The notes under the pieces are model-generated. The model searched no databases. It saw only the letters and a list, made by a program, of their open reading frames with translations, and was not told the origin of the DNA. This document shows positions 27,691 through 43,198 of a stretch of DNA of 64,000 bases, piece by piece (positions within the stretch are counted from its first letter, which is position 1; the number at the start of each line of letters is the position of its first letter). The DNA is taken from contig OZ024742.1 of NCBI GenBank assembly GCA_964016885.1, positions 66,340,001-66,404,000 on the forward strand. The letters are read 5' to 3'. The position numbers were made by a program, and so were the translations under genes. This DNA is from Eledone cirrhosa (Eukaryota).

Positions 27691-29526
27691 AAAACAGAAA
27701 ACTTTTTTTAATTCTCACCTTTTTTACTCTTTATTGCCACGAAGGTTGTAGAAACATTTGCACTATAAAATGAATAGAAGTCAATTGAGACACAGATTTA
27801 TGTATATATTCCTGGTCCATGTCTGATATTGAATAATATTTCAGCACTTAGCGTGTGTATATTATTGCACACAAGTATAGAAATTATATCCTCTATAATT
27901 TAACAAATGCGAAGCAGTTTATGCTTCGTTGTGAATGTGTAACGAGGGGAAAACATGTTTTGCAAAAGTCAGATCAACATACGATTAGTCATTCAGTTAA
28001 TATTTCTTCTCGGCGCATAAATAATATTAATGGACTGAGCATTTCATCTCGCCAAGCACAATCTTAAGTATTTATATATGGAAATTATTCTAGAACTAAC
28101 CCAGCGATTGAAATAAACATTTATTTCAAAACCCGAAGGCACAAACACTTCTTGTTATTTTCATCTTCGACAATGGCGTGAATAATTGACTGGTTTGTTG
28201 GAAAAATCCCCTGAGTTCATACGTTCAACGAGATTATTGTTCCAGAAGGCATGTAATCAAAACAAACAAAAGAAAAGCAAAAAGAGAAGTGAAACCTATT
28301 TACAAAATGAAGAGGAAGAAAAGAAAATGAAGTGTTCGAATGAAAGAAATATGTTAGGATCCATTTGATTTCATCTAGACCAAATATATTAATCTTGTTT
28401 GGCATGAATATTTGTGTTTTATTGTAAGTATAGATGTAACTCACGGAATCAAGAATATGAATGTTTTGTGTACGATCGTATTGGGAGTTTTCCGGCTTTC
28501 CTTTACATTTTTCTCTATGATTGTGTATTATCAAAAATTAGCGACTCGTTCAATACACGTGTTAGAATTGACCACCTGACATGGAAAGGAGTATGGAAGG
28601 AATGGCGAAACCGATCTAAATACTAGACCTCTGTTCTAGACTTCTCTGCAAGAGATATAGAAGGTAGTGCTCACTAGCATTGTCTGTGTCCTGAGAAGTG
28701 CATTATCAATTTAAAAACCTTACAAAGACATTTACTTTTGTGTGTGCCCTTGTGGCAGTATTTGTTTCACCATTGATATTAAAATGTGTGTATTATCAAA
28801 CTTTGCCTCAGGTGCCAGGTTGAAACTCGGCATGATTTGGAAATAAGAAGAATTCAAAGGCAGTTTTAAATAATAATGATAATAAAATCAGAGTTCCATA
28901 GGCTCTAGCTCCCACGAAAGAGGTGTGGTAGAGTCCTAGTCCAACTTGAAACTCCCTATAAAACGACCAAAGGAGGCATGCACATACAGATGAGAGCTTA
29001 AACTCCCAGATCTTGATGATGGTAATGAGCACACGTCACCAACTAAGGAAGCAAAAACTGTGTAAGACAAAAACCAAGCAGGAAAGTTTGAGGAAAATGT
29101 CGAGATTGTGACAAGAAAACCCATTATATGGGCAATACTAAAACAATAGCTGGGGTTAGCTGATATAGATGTGAAAAAAACCATCACTGGCTGCAGAACA
29201 TTGGTTTGAAACATTTATCCTAGCGTCACAACATCAGACTCTCCTGACACTGAACAATTGAGTTATTGCGGACAAATAAAAGGCGTAAAATGCAGACCCA
29301 GCGATTACCAACGTGAGAGCCTTGACCACATATGTTGCCAGTTGCCCAGTCTTTGCTCCTACAGAATATAAAACTAGGCATGATCGAGTTGTTCAATAAT
29401 TGCACTGAAGTATATGCCGTCTCTATGATACCCCGCACTGTAATAACTGGTATGAACACCATCCCCAGCGAGGGAATGAGGAAGAGTACAACACCATCCA
29501 GTGCGAGTATGGGATACCGGCATACA

Positions 29527-29930
29527 CGCAAATAAATGATAACAGGCCAAACATCGTCATCATAGACCTAAGACAAAAAAACATTACTATTAATTGATAT
29601 GGATTGGCAGTATCGGTAGAAGGTCGGACGCCATGATTTCCAGCATAGTTACGTCCCTTTACGATCTGAGTTCAAATCCCGCTGAGGTTGACTTTGCCTT
29701 TCATAAAGTACCAGTAATGCACTGGTTAATTGCTGGCCTTGTGCCTAAAGTAGAAACAATTATTTGATATGACGGCGCCTACTGATACAAAAAATTTCAG
29801 CAAAATAATTTTAGAAACTATCTAACTAACGGGATCTTGAGATTGAGTTATCTAGGATGTGGCAATTAAAAACCAAAACCATCCCTATTGTGGGTGCCCT
29901 TGGAATGATCAGGAAAATAAGCCACACTAT
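29527..29930 (+). pseudogene. R4-clade RLE domain fragment split by a SINE
   Basis: NRPNIVIIDLRQK..LIDM / TAPTD ... DLEIELSRMWQLKTKTIPIVGALGMI. Confidence 0.75.
29602..29763 (+). mobile_element. Meta-like SINE with 8-bp target-site duplication
   Basis: SINE body matches 37918; TTGATATG at 29594-29601 and 29764-29771. Confidence 0.85.
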
Positions 29931-31199
29931 TTGTTTTTCTTTTTGGCAAATATCACAATCCATGAAGATCAAATAATTGTGCTGACATCAACCATTCCAT
30001 CTAATGTGTACATGGCTTAAGTCCTTGGTTGAGACGCGGCCGCCGGAAGATGAAATAAAATGAAAAACAAATGAAAAAATAATGATAACAAACAACGTGA
30101 AATAACTGATAGAATTTTATGTAATTTATGAAACCATGGTAGACTAAATATGTATCCAGCTATTATTGCTTCTTATTCAGCCACATTGGTATGGGAGGAT
30201 GTTTCAAAACGCGCAAACACATAAAAAAAAAATACATGACACCTACAATTCTATTTGACGTTAAGGAATGCTGATCAACTTAAACTATCGATCGTAGTTA
30301 AATATCGATTTTCTTTGGAAGTTATTATATTGATCCGATTATGGCTGATAAGCTTCCTCAGACAATATTTAGACAGGACGCCATTTTGTTCAGAAGTAAC
30401 GCATCGTACTTGAAGCTCTATTCTAAATGTACCATATCTGAAAAATATACACATTCTTAGCACACACACACACGCACACGCACACACACACATGCTCATA
30501 CACAGGCATGCACTTACACACACACACGTATACCCACAAACAGACACTCATTTATACATATATATACTGAATAATGATGTATACTCATGTATCGATACAC
30601 TTATATATATTTTGTATATATATTATATATATTTATATTTATATATATCATGAAGAGATAGAGAGAGTGACTGCTAGATAGTATCAACAATGGACCGACT
30701 AACAGAAACATTTTTTCTTTAGTCCAATTTAACGAGTTCAACCTCACTTGAAACGCGAATGAAGTCTGCCATCTTGTCGATCTATAAATGTATATATACA
30801 TACATATATATATATATAATTAATACATTAACAGAGAAAGCCTTAAGCGATACTATATATGTGTACATATGTGTGTTAATAAAAGATGTGCAAAATTACA
30901 AAAAAAAAAGAAAATATATAAATAAACATAATAAGGATTTCTATTTTAGAGGCAAGGCCAGTAATTTATGGGAGAAGAAAGGCGATTAAATCGACCCCAG
31001 TTCATTACGGGCATCTTATTTTATCGTTAATGAAACTTCGTATGAAAACGCCAGGAAAGGATACTCTACTGATGATTGAATACGAATGAAGAACTTCTAA
31101 TCCTAAAGAAGTAATATCTATTTCTTTGTCTTTCTTTCTCTCTCTCTCTCTGTATCTCCCCTCGCCCGCTCCCTCTGTATATATATATACATATATATA

Positions 31200-32380
31200 G
31201 TGAAAAATGGAACGGAAACAAAACAGAGAGGCAGTACAAACAAAGGTTTATTAGTTTCACGCTCTTGAGAGTGGGGTGGGACGTTTCGGGCATAATCCCT
31301 TCTTCAGGAGAAAAGTCGGTGGGAAGAGAGTTCCGAGGGTGTGTGGGGGAGTGGTGGGGAGACATTTAGAAACAAAGGGGGGGACGGTGGAAAGGGTACA
31401 AATAAAAATAAAAATAAACATGAAGATAAACAAGTGGTGGAAGGATGTGAGGCGTGTAGGGGCGGTGGCGGGTGGAGTTGTGGAGAGGGAGGCTGGGTGT
31501 CCGAGCGGGGAGGGCTCTAAGGTGGTGTTTGTGTATGTGTGTAGGTGTACGTGTGTGTGTGTGTGTGTATGTGAATGTGAGAGTTGGGGAAGAACGAGGT
31601 TCCATGTTCAGGAAAAGGTGTGTGTGTGGGGGGTGGGGTGTGGGTCGGTGTGTGTGTGTGTGTGGATGGGGAGGGGTCAGAGGGGTGGGAGAGGGGAGAG
31701 AGAGGATTCCGGAGGCTGAGTGTGTATATATGTGGGGGTACGCACGTGTGCGTTGGTGTTTATACATTTTGTGGATGTAGGTGGCGTTGTTCGAATAAAC
31801 ATTTTGTGAGTGTATGTCCGTGGGTAAGTTCCTAAGGTAGTTCCGTAGAGGATGTGAAGATGGGCCGGATATTTTCCATGTTATGGAGTGGATAGTGGGA
31901 ACGATGGCCGATGGTGTGTAATCCGTTGGCTGTGGTAGTCGGAAGAGGGGAGATGTGGGGTGCGCGTGCAACAGGAAGTGCTCAGAGGGTCAGGGCAGGA
32001 TGAGAGTAGAGGAGATTGACGGGTGGAGAGGACTGTGTGTCTGTGTTTGCGGAGAAGTGGTCAGAGGGTCAAGGCAGGAGAAGGCATAGCAGCAGTAGAG
32101 GAGAATGGCAGGTGGAGAAAGTCAGTGTGTCAGTGTGTGCGGAGGTGCGGTGGACAGGGGAGAGGATGGGTAGGTGTGAAAGGTGGAGTGAGGAGGGGTC
32201 ATGCGGGGGGGTGGGGTGTATATTAGTACAGGTGTTAGTTGGATGTGTGTGTGTGTGTGAAGGGGTGTGGGTGGAGAGGGGAGAGGGGAGAGGGAGAGAA
32301 AATGTGTGGGGGACGGTGGAGGGAGTGTATTGTGTAGTGTGTGTGCGTGTCAGTATTGTTAGTTGTGGGGTGGGCCATAT
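31200..32380 (-). mobile_element. Degenerate PLE-derived element with a hammerhead core near its 3' end
   Basis: Minus 31280-31307: CUGAAGA A GGG AUUAUG CCC GAAAC GUC, with AATAAA downstream but no clear stem I. LFRLP...AIVPTIHSITWKIS weakly resembles the PLE LPKxHK/RPIVS region. Confidence 0.5.
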
Positions 32381-33456
32381 ATATATATACAGTGTAAATA
32401 AAAATATGTAGTGCAAATAAATATTCTTACACTTAACAGATATGCGTGGCCTTAGGTTTAGAGGTCTAGTTATGGCCACCACTGTACTATTGAGGGCATC
32501 TTATCTAGAACAAGAAAGGCAATTTCTCTGGTCTAGAAAAGTTCAAAACGTGCATATGTGTAATATGTGCGTGACTTAATTTATAAGCTAATCTTTGTGT
32601 ATATATAATATGCGCGTGACTTGAGTTGTAAATTATTTATTAATAAAATCTAAAGGAGCTCGTTACAATCGGATATCTTAGATTGCTTACCCATGAGGGG
32701 CGAGGGGAGGTAACTTCTCATGCGATAAATTTATAAATGTTTTAGTGGAATCTCGCCTGGAAGATATTTTTCAATCATTTAAATCTCTTCTAAAATGTTC
32801 CCAATAATTAATATCTGAACATGCTAAAAATGTTTTTAATTATATGTGTGGTAGCTAGCGTGCAATGGGATTTTCTAAGGCTAACACCTTATTCAACAGT
32901 CAATCATATTATGTGCATATGGATGTGGATGTAATGTGTTTAAAGTTTTTGTGCGTAGACAGGTGACAGAGAGAAATAGTTTAATGGAGGATTTAGCAGG
33001 TCTGATGAAGGAGCATTTGTAGTGTAGGTTTCCGGTTGGATAATAGATGTCACTTCTGATGCGAACTTGTCAAAAGACTTCAGTTTATAATTTTAATTTT
33101 ATTCTACACGTAACCTGAGAAATGGCTAACCTCTCGTTTTTAGGAACTAATCTCCTTTTAGAATTTACATATGTCTAAATAGGATAACACATCTTGGCGT
33201 CATCATTTTTCGATGTTAACTAGCGGCAGATGTTAATGATTTTTGCTGCATGAAATGCTAGGATATAGACCCTGTAAAAACTTGGTAATATAACTATAAT
33301 ACTTAGAATGACTCAACGATTTTTAAACCAACTTACATTGTTCTCTCCAAAATATTAGTTGTGTGGTTTCCTGTGATATCAGAAGTGTGCTAACTTCTAA
33401 GGTTTTTAATTATAAGCCATCGTTCTCTCATAGAGCTATATATTGTATATTGATCT

Positions 33457-33572
<116 letters not shown>

Positions 33573-33654
33573 GTGTGTGCGTGCGTGTGTGTGTGTGTGT
33601 GTGTTTGTGTGCACTATTCAAGTAAAGGAAAGTTAGTTGATCATATAATCTAAC

Positions 33655-33721
<67 letters not shown>

Positions 33722-36076
33722 GCACTGTGAATAGAGTGAGGCAAAAGTGCACACATTGATTGAAGAGTATCATCATAATCTAGTACAGCTCCATCGCAAC
33801 AACCTCGTGATGTCAAAGGTAACTGAAATATAATTGAGATAATAACTTTCCTCTATTCCGGAGTCACCATCTCTCCCGTCACCTGGAGCAAATATATTTA
33901 TTTCTTTTTTAACTAGTTGAAACTGAATGGAACATTCTTTCGATCACTATTGGTAATTGAATTCCCCAACGAAATAGCCTGAAGCTAATGAAACAGAGAA
34001 ATAGAGAAATTGGACGAGATATACATTGACCGAATGAGAGTAGGATAGAATAAAAGAGAGATATGGCAAGAAAGTGAATGTGTTGGGCAGACAGACAGGT
34101 CAAAAAGAGGTGCAATGTGTGATGTTATTGAATTAAGGAAAATCGTAAGATATTTTACTTGATACAGAGTGGCTTCATTTTCATCATTCAGTAAACCATA
34201 AAAACAACTACCATCAACACCATCGCCGACAACTGCAACGCATGCTATGAAATGGCACAAAGAATACTACCAACCATTCTACCAACAGTACCACCAACAT
34301 TACTATCAACTCGCCACTAAACTTGCAGATCTACTACACACTACTCTCACTCTATTTCTCTTTCTCTCACTCTTTCTCGTTCTTCCGCCCCTCACTCTGG
34401 ACCTCGCCTCTTCTGTCTCTCTCTAACCATTCCAGCAACTTAGAACTGTAGCCAATTATTATCAATGGAATCTATTTATCTCTATTGTCACACACAGCAA
34501 CAACCACTCACGTCTACAATCAATCACAACCACAGCCACTCATATATCATTGAAACCACTCGTTTTCATATCCACTCAGTTCTAGAGGTACCCTCCCTTG
34601 AAGCAAGAACTCCCTAATGCAGTCATATACCTTTGATATTTTCAGTATTCAGACCTTCACCTATGTTACGGTCACCAAAAGTATCATTTATAAAGAACAC
34701 CATATACCACTCCAACCACTCAATAATAAAATCACTCACCACTGCAGCATATTACCTACTGCAAGCAGAATGCATGCAACTACTGACAATTGCTACAACG
34801 CACATTTAAATATATTCACTACTTCCACCACTCACGAATACAAACCCAAAATATTGCCACCACTCACCATTGCAAACACTCACTAATGCAACTGCACTCA
34901 ACACTGCCACTCTCACAATTGAAGACACCCAACAATGCTACCACACTCCACTTGCACCAATCTCTAATACAACTATTCACTAATGCCACCACTTAGTATT
35001 GCCATCACTCAATACAACCACATACCATTACTACCCCTCCCAACAGCAAACCCTTACCTCCGTCATTTCCAATACACCACTAGATCCATCCTTCTCTTCA
35101 TTGACTCGACATTGCCACCACATACCACTGCTAACACTCACCACTGTAGTTCTCTATATATCACGTACCAGTGCAACTAATTACTGCAATCTCTAACCAC
35201 TTCAATACCTCACCATTAAAAATATTCATACAAGGAAGATAATATTAAGACAATTGTTACAAGTTAGTTATAGCAGCAGTTTTGCTGTTATTTCCTTCGT
35301 GGTTTGCTAGTGATGCTATTGATGGCGGTGTAAACGGTGCTGGCTATGTTATCGTTAGTCGGAATTTATTCGCGTGTGGTGGTGCTGATGAGGATAGATA
35401 TTCTATTTTAATATACACTGGGAAAAAGATATTTTAAGTAACGTAAATCATTTCATACTTCATAATATTTTAAAACAAACAATATAGAGACCATAAGCTC
35501 ATTATAACCAGCTATAAATTAACCTATCTGTCCTCTTTTTACTCATGCGTCTGCCCTTTATCTCTCTCTTGGTCTAAATCATGAGCAGCATCGGTGTTCA
35601 AACGCTCATGTCTGGTGTTCAAACGCTCACATCAACTTGTCTATTTCTGGCCTTCTCTACACGTTCACTTCTAGTATTAATTGATTATCTATCCCAGCAA
35701 TTACAGCGATTCTCTCCTATTTACTTTCCTTTAAATATGTTTTCAATATCATTTCGTGTTCATTCATATTCATTCTTATCAAAGGTGACATGGACGTTAA
35801 AAGGCCAAAAGAATATATAACGCACGGAAAAGAAGAACTGCCAAAAGCGCGAGTGACAAGGAGAGAAGAAAACATACAAAAATGGCTTGAAAATGTCCCA
35901 ATCGTAATATTATCTCGAAATTATAATTACTTTAGGTTGGCACGTTGAATGAGTTTCTAAATAAACTTAAATATATTCTTAATTGTATTAGTTTAAGCAA
36001 ATAGCTATTCAATTTGGATTACCAACTTAAAAATCAATTTCTCCTCATTTTTTAAATCAATTCCCCCATTACCTTT

Positions 36077-36077
36077 C

Positions 36078-36141
<64 letters not shown>
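36077..36141 (+). repeat. (TAG)n microsatellite
   Basis: Pure AGT run. Confidence 0.95.
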
Positions 36142-36311
36142 AAATTATATTTGTGGCGTGACTGGTGACGTAAAACCATAATTTACTTCATTAGATGAAT
36201 TTGATAAGTATATATCCATGATATGCTATTAATGTAAGAGTTATTTAGAAATATGTCATATTATATACAAACATATATTTATGTGTGTGTGTTGTGTGTG
36301 CATGTGTATGC

Positions 36312-36351
<40 letters not shown>

Positions 36352-37917
36352 ATATTAAATAAATGAAAACTATATTTATAATATATATTTCAAGGGTACC
36401 AAAACATATTGGTACGCTTTCCTGAAATAAAATACAAAGTTTCTTTTATAAATAGAGACATAGCCATGAAAATCATACCTTATCGGTGGGATATTCTCTG
36501 GATAGGGGAAATGTATTAGGGATTTTCTAGCTTATGGGTGAATATGCAAATGAATATGTAAAAATTGAAAAAAAAACGTTTATTTAAACGACTATGGAGA
36601 GAGGGAAGAGAGAGGGGGAGAATGACAAAATAGTGCGAGATAGAGAGAGAGAGGAAACAAAAAGGGGAAAATGAATAAAAACTCATATAACGTTAATTTG
36701 AGGGAAATATATTCTAAGTATATATCTTAATAGTACGTGTATTTACGATTATTAGTTGTTTAAAATTTGTTTATAATATAATATTTTTCTTCTGTTATAA
36801 GTAGATAAATAAAAATAATAAATAAATGAATGAATAAATAAATAAATAAATAAATGGGTATATCATGTTATAGATAATTGTTCTAATGAGTTATGAGGGA
36901 TATTGGTTTGGTATTTTATATAAATAAATATTAAGTTAAATTAAATTAAATTAACTGAGTTAAGAAGAATATTTATATTTATATGATTGAAGATGGGAAC
37001 ATACGGAAAAAACTCCGGTTTTATTTATTTATTCGTTAGTGTGAGACTATTTAGTCAAAATAAATATAGATGTTGAAGATACATTTAGCCAGAATCAGTT
37101 AGTGGTTATTAATCTATTGAAAAAATATTGAAAAAATATTGAGAAAATATTGAAGAAATATTGAAAAAAATATTTTAAAAATATTAAAAAAATATTGAAA
37201 AAAAAATTGAAAAAATATTGAAAATTTGGGGAAAATTAAAAAAAAAAATTTTTTAAGAGATAAGTAATTTTTAAAGAAATAAAAATTATTAATAAAAAAA
37301 AAAATATATATATATATACACTTATAGATACACGTATATATATTTGTTGGTTCATATCTCCTCTCCTATCACGGTGCTATAATTTCTTTCGTTCGGCAAC
37401 CTAAGGACCATTTCGATGATCGATACCCGTGGAATTTCTTATTTATTAATTTTGAAATATATTCTGTGATGCACGCGGCTCCTCCACTTATTTTCATATT
37501 TCTCTCTGCGTGTCACCATCTTTATGGTTTTTTTTCTTCTTCATAGGTCTAAATATGTATATCTCTATACAGATCTATAATTTCACGTGAGTTTTATGTG
37601 GTTTTCAACTAGTAACATACCTGAAGAACAGAGTTTGATTACTTTGTAACATATTTTGACTCGGGTTGGTGCCACAATTGTGTACGTCCATTACTATGGC
37701 AGATGGCCGAGGAGTTTTGTACCTTTTGTCATTTGTGATATATATATATATATAAAATATTATAAAAAGGAATAATAGATACAACATACCTATTTATATG
37801 TACTTGCATTCATATAGAATTCAATCTCACATACTTGTGAAAAATATATATTTATATACACATGTATATGTATGTATACACATATATCTATATACCTCTC
37901 ATTAAATATATATATAA

Positions 37918-38110
37918 GGGCGGTGGATTGGCAGTATCGGTAGAGCGTCGGACAGCATGCTTTGAAGCATAGAGTTACGTCTCCTTTATGATCTGAGTTC
38001 AAATCCCGCCGAGGTTAACTTTGCCTTTCATCCTTACGGGGTCGATAAAATAAAGTACCAGTAATACACTGGGTAATTACTGGCCTTGTGCCAAAAAGTA
38101 GAAACAATTA
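37918..38110 (+). mobile_element. Full-length tRNA-derived SINE with Meta-like central domain
   Basis: GGCGGTGGATTGGCAGTATCGG (A-box-like), GAGTTCAAATCC (B-box), GCCTTTCATCC...GGTCGATAAAATAAAGTACCAG, ATT/TA tail. Confidence 0.85.
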
Positions 38111-38138
38111 TATATATATATATATAAAGTCTGAAGTC

Positions 38139-38395
38139 TTAAGGCAGAAAGATCCCGTGGCCGGTGCTTATCACGGTTTCATGGCATGAAGCGACTGAGT
38201 GTATGCAAGAGACGTCACTGGACAGGACGCGACTCCATCGCAAGATTAATCCCCCAGCTATTGCTGGCAATCACTTTCAGCTTAGTATACTGGAGCGACG
38301 TGAAATGAAGTGTTTTGCTCAGGAACTAAATGCGCAATCCAGGAATCAAACCCACGCCATTAAGATCACTTACTGCTAGGCTTAGTGCCTCCACA
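38139..38395 (-). mobile_element. Second tRNA-derived SINE family, degenerate copy
   Basis: Reverse complement matches 45828-46100 (TTTCACGT.GCTCCAGT...CTCAGTCGCTTCA.GCCATGAA.CCG.GATAAG.ACCGGC). Confidence 0.7.
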
Positions 38396-38485
38396 CATAC
38401 AGACAGACACACACACATATATATACTATATGTATATATACATACATAGATATGTATACACATATGTATACACATATATATATGC

Positions 38486-38550
<65 letters not shown>

Positions 38551-38551
38551 A

Positions 38552-38705
<154 letters not shown>

Positions 38706-38799
38706 ATACACACACATATATGTATATATATATATATATACATATACGCACACACACACATATCTATATATATAAATGGAATCTAAATTTTTTGAATAT

Positions 38800-39433
38800 T
38801 AATAATAAAATTCGATTCGTTTGCAATTAGGCAAACAAGCCTCAATTTTATAGCCATGTCAGTAGAATGAACTCCTCATCCTTGCTCTTGTGTTGGCATG
38901 TGAACAGAACTGCAGTCACTAATGTGTCTGGGTATCACCCTTCATCAGTACAGCTAACTGTTCACCTGCCAAACTGTCAGAGCTAGTGACAGTATATGTT
39001 ATTTTCAAAAATACACAGTGACTGATCGGTCTGATTTGCATATTAGCAGACTGGCTGATTAGTCAGATCTGCATATTAGCAGATCCACTGATCAGCCAGA
39101 TTTGTAAATCAGCACACTGGCCAGTCAATTTCCTGTATACGACTGATAAATAGCCGGCTTTGCCAAATTCAAATAAAAAAGAAAATTATCGCTCTACTTG
39201 GCTGAATACAATCAGTGACTGTGTATTTTTGAAAAAAGCATATATTTTCACTAGCTGTGACAGTTTGGCAGGTGAACTGTGAGCTGTACTGATGAAGGGT
39301 GATACCCAGAAACATTAGTGTCTGCAGTTCCGTTCACATGCCAACACCATAGCAAGATTGAAGGGTTCATTCTACTGACATGGCTATAAAATTGAGGCTT
39401 GTTTGCATAATTGCAAAGGAATCGAATGTTATT
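38800..39433. mobile_element. Foldback element with ~225-bp inverted arms (~38800-39026 / ~39211-39433)
   Basis: AAACAAGCCTCAATTTTATAGCCATGTCAGTAGAATGAA... and its reverse complement; each arm has an HHR-derived motif. Confidence 0.85.
39283..39328 (+). ncRNA. Type I hammerhead ribozyme motif
   Basis: GCUGUA CUGAUGA A GGGU GAU ACCC A GAAAC AUUAGU GUC UGCAGU; 6-bp stem I including G-U pairs. Confidence 0.75.
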
Positions 39434-40561
39434 CGAAAAACTCAGATTACATTTATTGTATTCAGCCATGTAGAGCGAAAGTTTTCTTTTCTCTCTCTCT
39501 ATATATATATATATATAAACTTAATATTAATAAAGTGTGGTGTAAACAAGACGAAAAAACAATTTTTAAGGGCAAACCCTTAAAAAATTATTTTTTAAAC
39601 GAAGAACACAGAACTCAAAAGTTATCGGCTGTTGAGGTGATCTTTGGAAGTTTCGAGCCCTACCAACCCTACTGCTGGTCCAACCTGGGTCACAGCTTCT
39701 GACACAAGCCAAATGCTCTCCAGTGAAGTATGAGACGAGACACAACATATCAATTTATAGCAATTAGCTGCAAGTACATATAGAATTCTATTTAACGTCA
39801 GGGAAATTGTATGGTGCCTCTTATAGCACGAACATTTCATGAATGGAAATAAGAAAAAAAAGGAAGAATAAAGCAAGAAAAAGAAAGTAATATATCGTAT
39901 TAAAAAACGTAAGACATTTAAATAAATGGTTGGTGACGAGATAACACTTTCGTCACATTAGTAATGATAAAGGTAAGAACATTAACAAAGAGAGGACCAG
40001 ACAATGAACGGAAGCAAGGCAAAACAAAAAAACAAAAGATAAACAATAATTTTTTAAGGCGGAAACCATAAAAAATTATTAACATAAATAAAAATACAAA
40101 CGAAGGACATGTGTGTGTATTAGTGTTTTGTTGATCCATGTAGACTACAAAGGATTAAGGTGTATGGCAGGTGCGTAGTGATTCAGGAGAGGCGAGTTGA
40201 AGTTTAAAAGAATGGAGAGCTGTTGTCTATGTTCTTAACATAATGGTAAAATCGTACGAAATAAAGCAATTTATTCAATGAACTGTTGATATGATGATCC
40301 ACAGGGGTTCAAATACAATCAGGAGACTGTTTGCCTCTTTTAATACATCATCGTGGCTTTAAGGATTAACCATATACTGTGAATGATACACTTGATTATA
40401 TTCATTCCCCACATGAAAAGTTGCAGTCTTGTGTTTGCTTAATCAATAAAAATCAATAGTTATACATCTTTACAATATAATTTCGATTTGGCAATTATAA
40501 AACCGAGTTTTTGAGTTCCTAATCCAAAAATTTCCCAACATTCCTTATCCCGTTAAGAAAT

Positions 40562-40632
<71 letters not shown>

Positions 40633-40674
40633 ATACACGCACCCACACACGCACACACACACACGCACACACAT

Positions 40675-40729
<55 letters not shown>

Positions 40730-41280
40730 TATTCATTATTTTATAATTTCCTTGCTGTTTTGTTTTAAAGCAATAGTTTTTTTTTATTTTAGTCAACTTT
40801 ATTAATTAATTATTTAAAGTGTTTTCAATTATTGATTCGAAAATATCTTAGGAATTTTCCAATCTAATGGCATCCAATATACACATATTGATTTCTCAGC
40901 TAGACACAACACCGACGACACCGTACAAAAAGGAGTTTTCGAAACGAAGAGGTTTTTATGACATTCATGCCGTTCTGCGAGTTATCACAATGGCATAATT
41001 ACAGTTAAAGCAAGTTCAAATAAAAAAAAAACAATAACGATTCTAAAATGAGATTGACGTTTTAATTACATAGGATTGTTCTGAATACCGAATGCATTTC
41101 TCATGCACCATGCATATTAGATAGTAGAATTCGAATATATATTTTTAAAATGGAATTTGAAACCTTGATATGGGGAAACGTTGTTTTAGGAAATATTTCA
41201 AGATGCAATAAACACTCACATATAAGATTAATGAAATTGCATCAGCTTGATTATAAAACCTAGATATATGTTTCTGCGCG

Positions 41281-41411
<131 letters not shown>

Positions 41412-41448
41412 ATATATATATATATATATGTCTATATGTATATATATG

Positions 41449-41536
<88 letters not shown>

Positions 41537-41546
41537 CATATATATG

Positions 41547-41657
<111 letters not shown>

Positions 41658-42141
41658 TAAAATAGATATATGTATGTATATATATGTGTGTGTCTGTGTG
41701 CGTATATGAGAGTGTGTGTGTGTGTGTGTGCGTGTGTGTATGTGGAAGTGAGGTGTACATACGTACCCAGCCTGCCGCAATCAAATATGATGCAACTCAA
41801 TACAACGTCATTATTATGAGGTATCTGTCTGTTACAGCCCCAAGGTTGGCTTAATGAAATATTTAATGAGATCTAGGTTAGAGAATGTAGATTCTTCCTG
41901 CTGTTGCTGTAGATGTCGTTGTTATTTCAGTTGTTGTTGTGGTTCTGTACTTTCTGAAACATTCTACATGTTAACAACGTATTGATTTTGATCTTAGTAA
42001 ACAATAATCAATAGAATAGAAACCAGAAAGCAGAAAATTCGATAATTGATCTCCAATGGTTTCTTAAATATTTTCGTGTTAGTAGGTAGGATATATGTAT
42101 GTGTGTATGTATGTTTGCATGTATGCATACATGTATGTATG

Positions 42142-42184
<43 letters not shown>

Positions 42185-42407
42185 ATATATATATATATAT
42201 ATATATAATAAAACAAATGTGTTTATTACTAACTTATACGAACCATTAAATAAGTTTCATTGGTTATACAGTTACAACCAGATAATACTTTCAGTGTTTC
42301 GGTACATTTTTGCGCATGCTTTTAAAGAGATACTCTGGAACTAACATACACACAACCACGCACACACACACACACACACATGCACACACAAATCACACAC
42401 ACACACA

Positions 42408-42445
<38 letters not shown>

Positions 42446-42482
42446 ATTAAATAAATGGAAACTATATTTATAAAACCATATT

Positions 42483-42548
42483 TATTTCATTATATATATT
42501 TCAGGGATATCATATTAACAATATGTTATGCCTTCTTCAGACAAAATA
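42483..42548 (-). ncRNA. Type I hammerhead ribozyme motif with AUA site
   Basis: Minus: UAUUUUGU CUGAAGA AGG c AUA a CAUAUU guu AAUAUG a UAU c CCU GAAAU AUAU AUA AUGAAAUA; 8-bp stem I and long stem II. Confidence 0.7.
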
Positions 42549-42634
42549 CAATATAAACAGTCTTATAAATAAATAGATATATCAGTTATAAATATTTACT
42601 CGTTGTTAACCCAACAATTTAAATATAACTTTCC

Positions 42635-42682
<48 letters not shown>

Positions 42683-43198
42683 GATAATGTTATATCTGTA
42701 TAAATACAAATTATATAAACGTGACTGTTCCATATTTACACATATCTAATATATATTCAAATAAACATGTCTGAAAATAAGATTTTCGGATCTAATTGGA
42801 TCTTCATCAGAATACGTGTATATCTTCCAATCAACCAAAATGAATCTTGTATTTGATGGGTATATATATATATCCACCATTCGCACGCAGTATTATATTC
42901 AAACGGTCGTAATGATTTGCATAATTAACGCTTGAGTTGGTAATTCATTAAGATATATATTAAGAAGTGTGCTAACTGATGAAATATATGATAAATTTAT
43001 ATCTGTATTAATATAGAGTGTGTAACCGAGACTGCAGGAACATGTATGAATACCCGTATCTAACAAGTATGCATGTAAACATTCCAGAAAAAATACAAAT
43101 TGCTCAGTAAAATGAAAAATCCTACTCATTCGTAATCGATTTGCGGATCTAACTGGCAACTTATCAGCAGATATGTATACCATCCCGTCACATATACA

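Noticed and set aside
34200-35220. C/A-rich tract giving Thr/His-rich ORFs
   Set aside because: Degenerate low-complexity sequence with stops in all frames.
39600-39730. GC-richer island as a possible host exon
   Set aside because: No convincing splice-site pair or recognisable peptide.
42770-42830. CUGAUGA-AGAUC/GAUCC-GAAA on minus
   Set aside because: No matching stem I; at best a decayed HHR.
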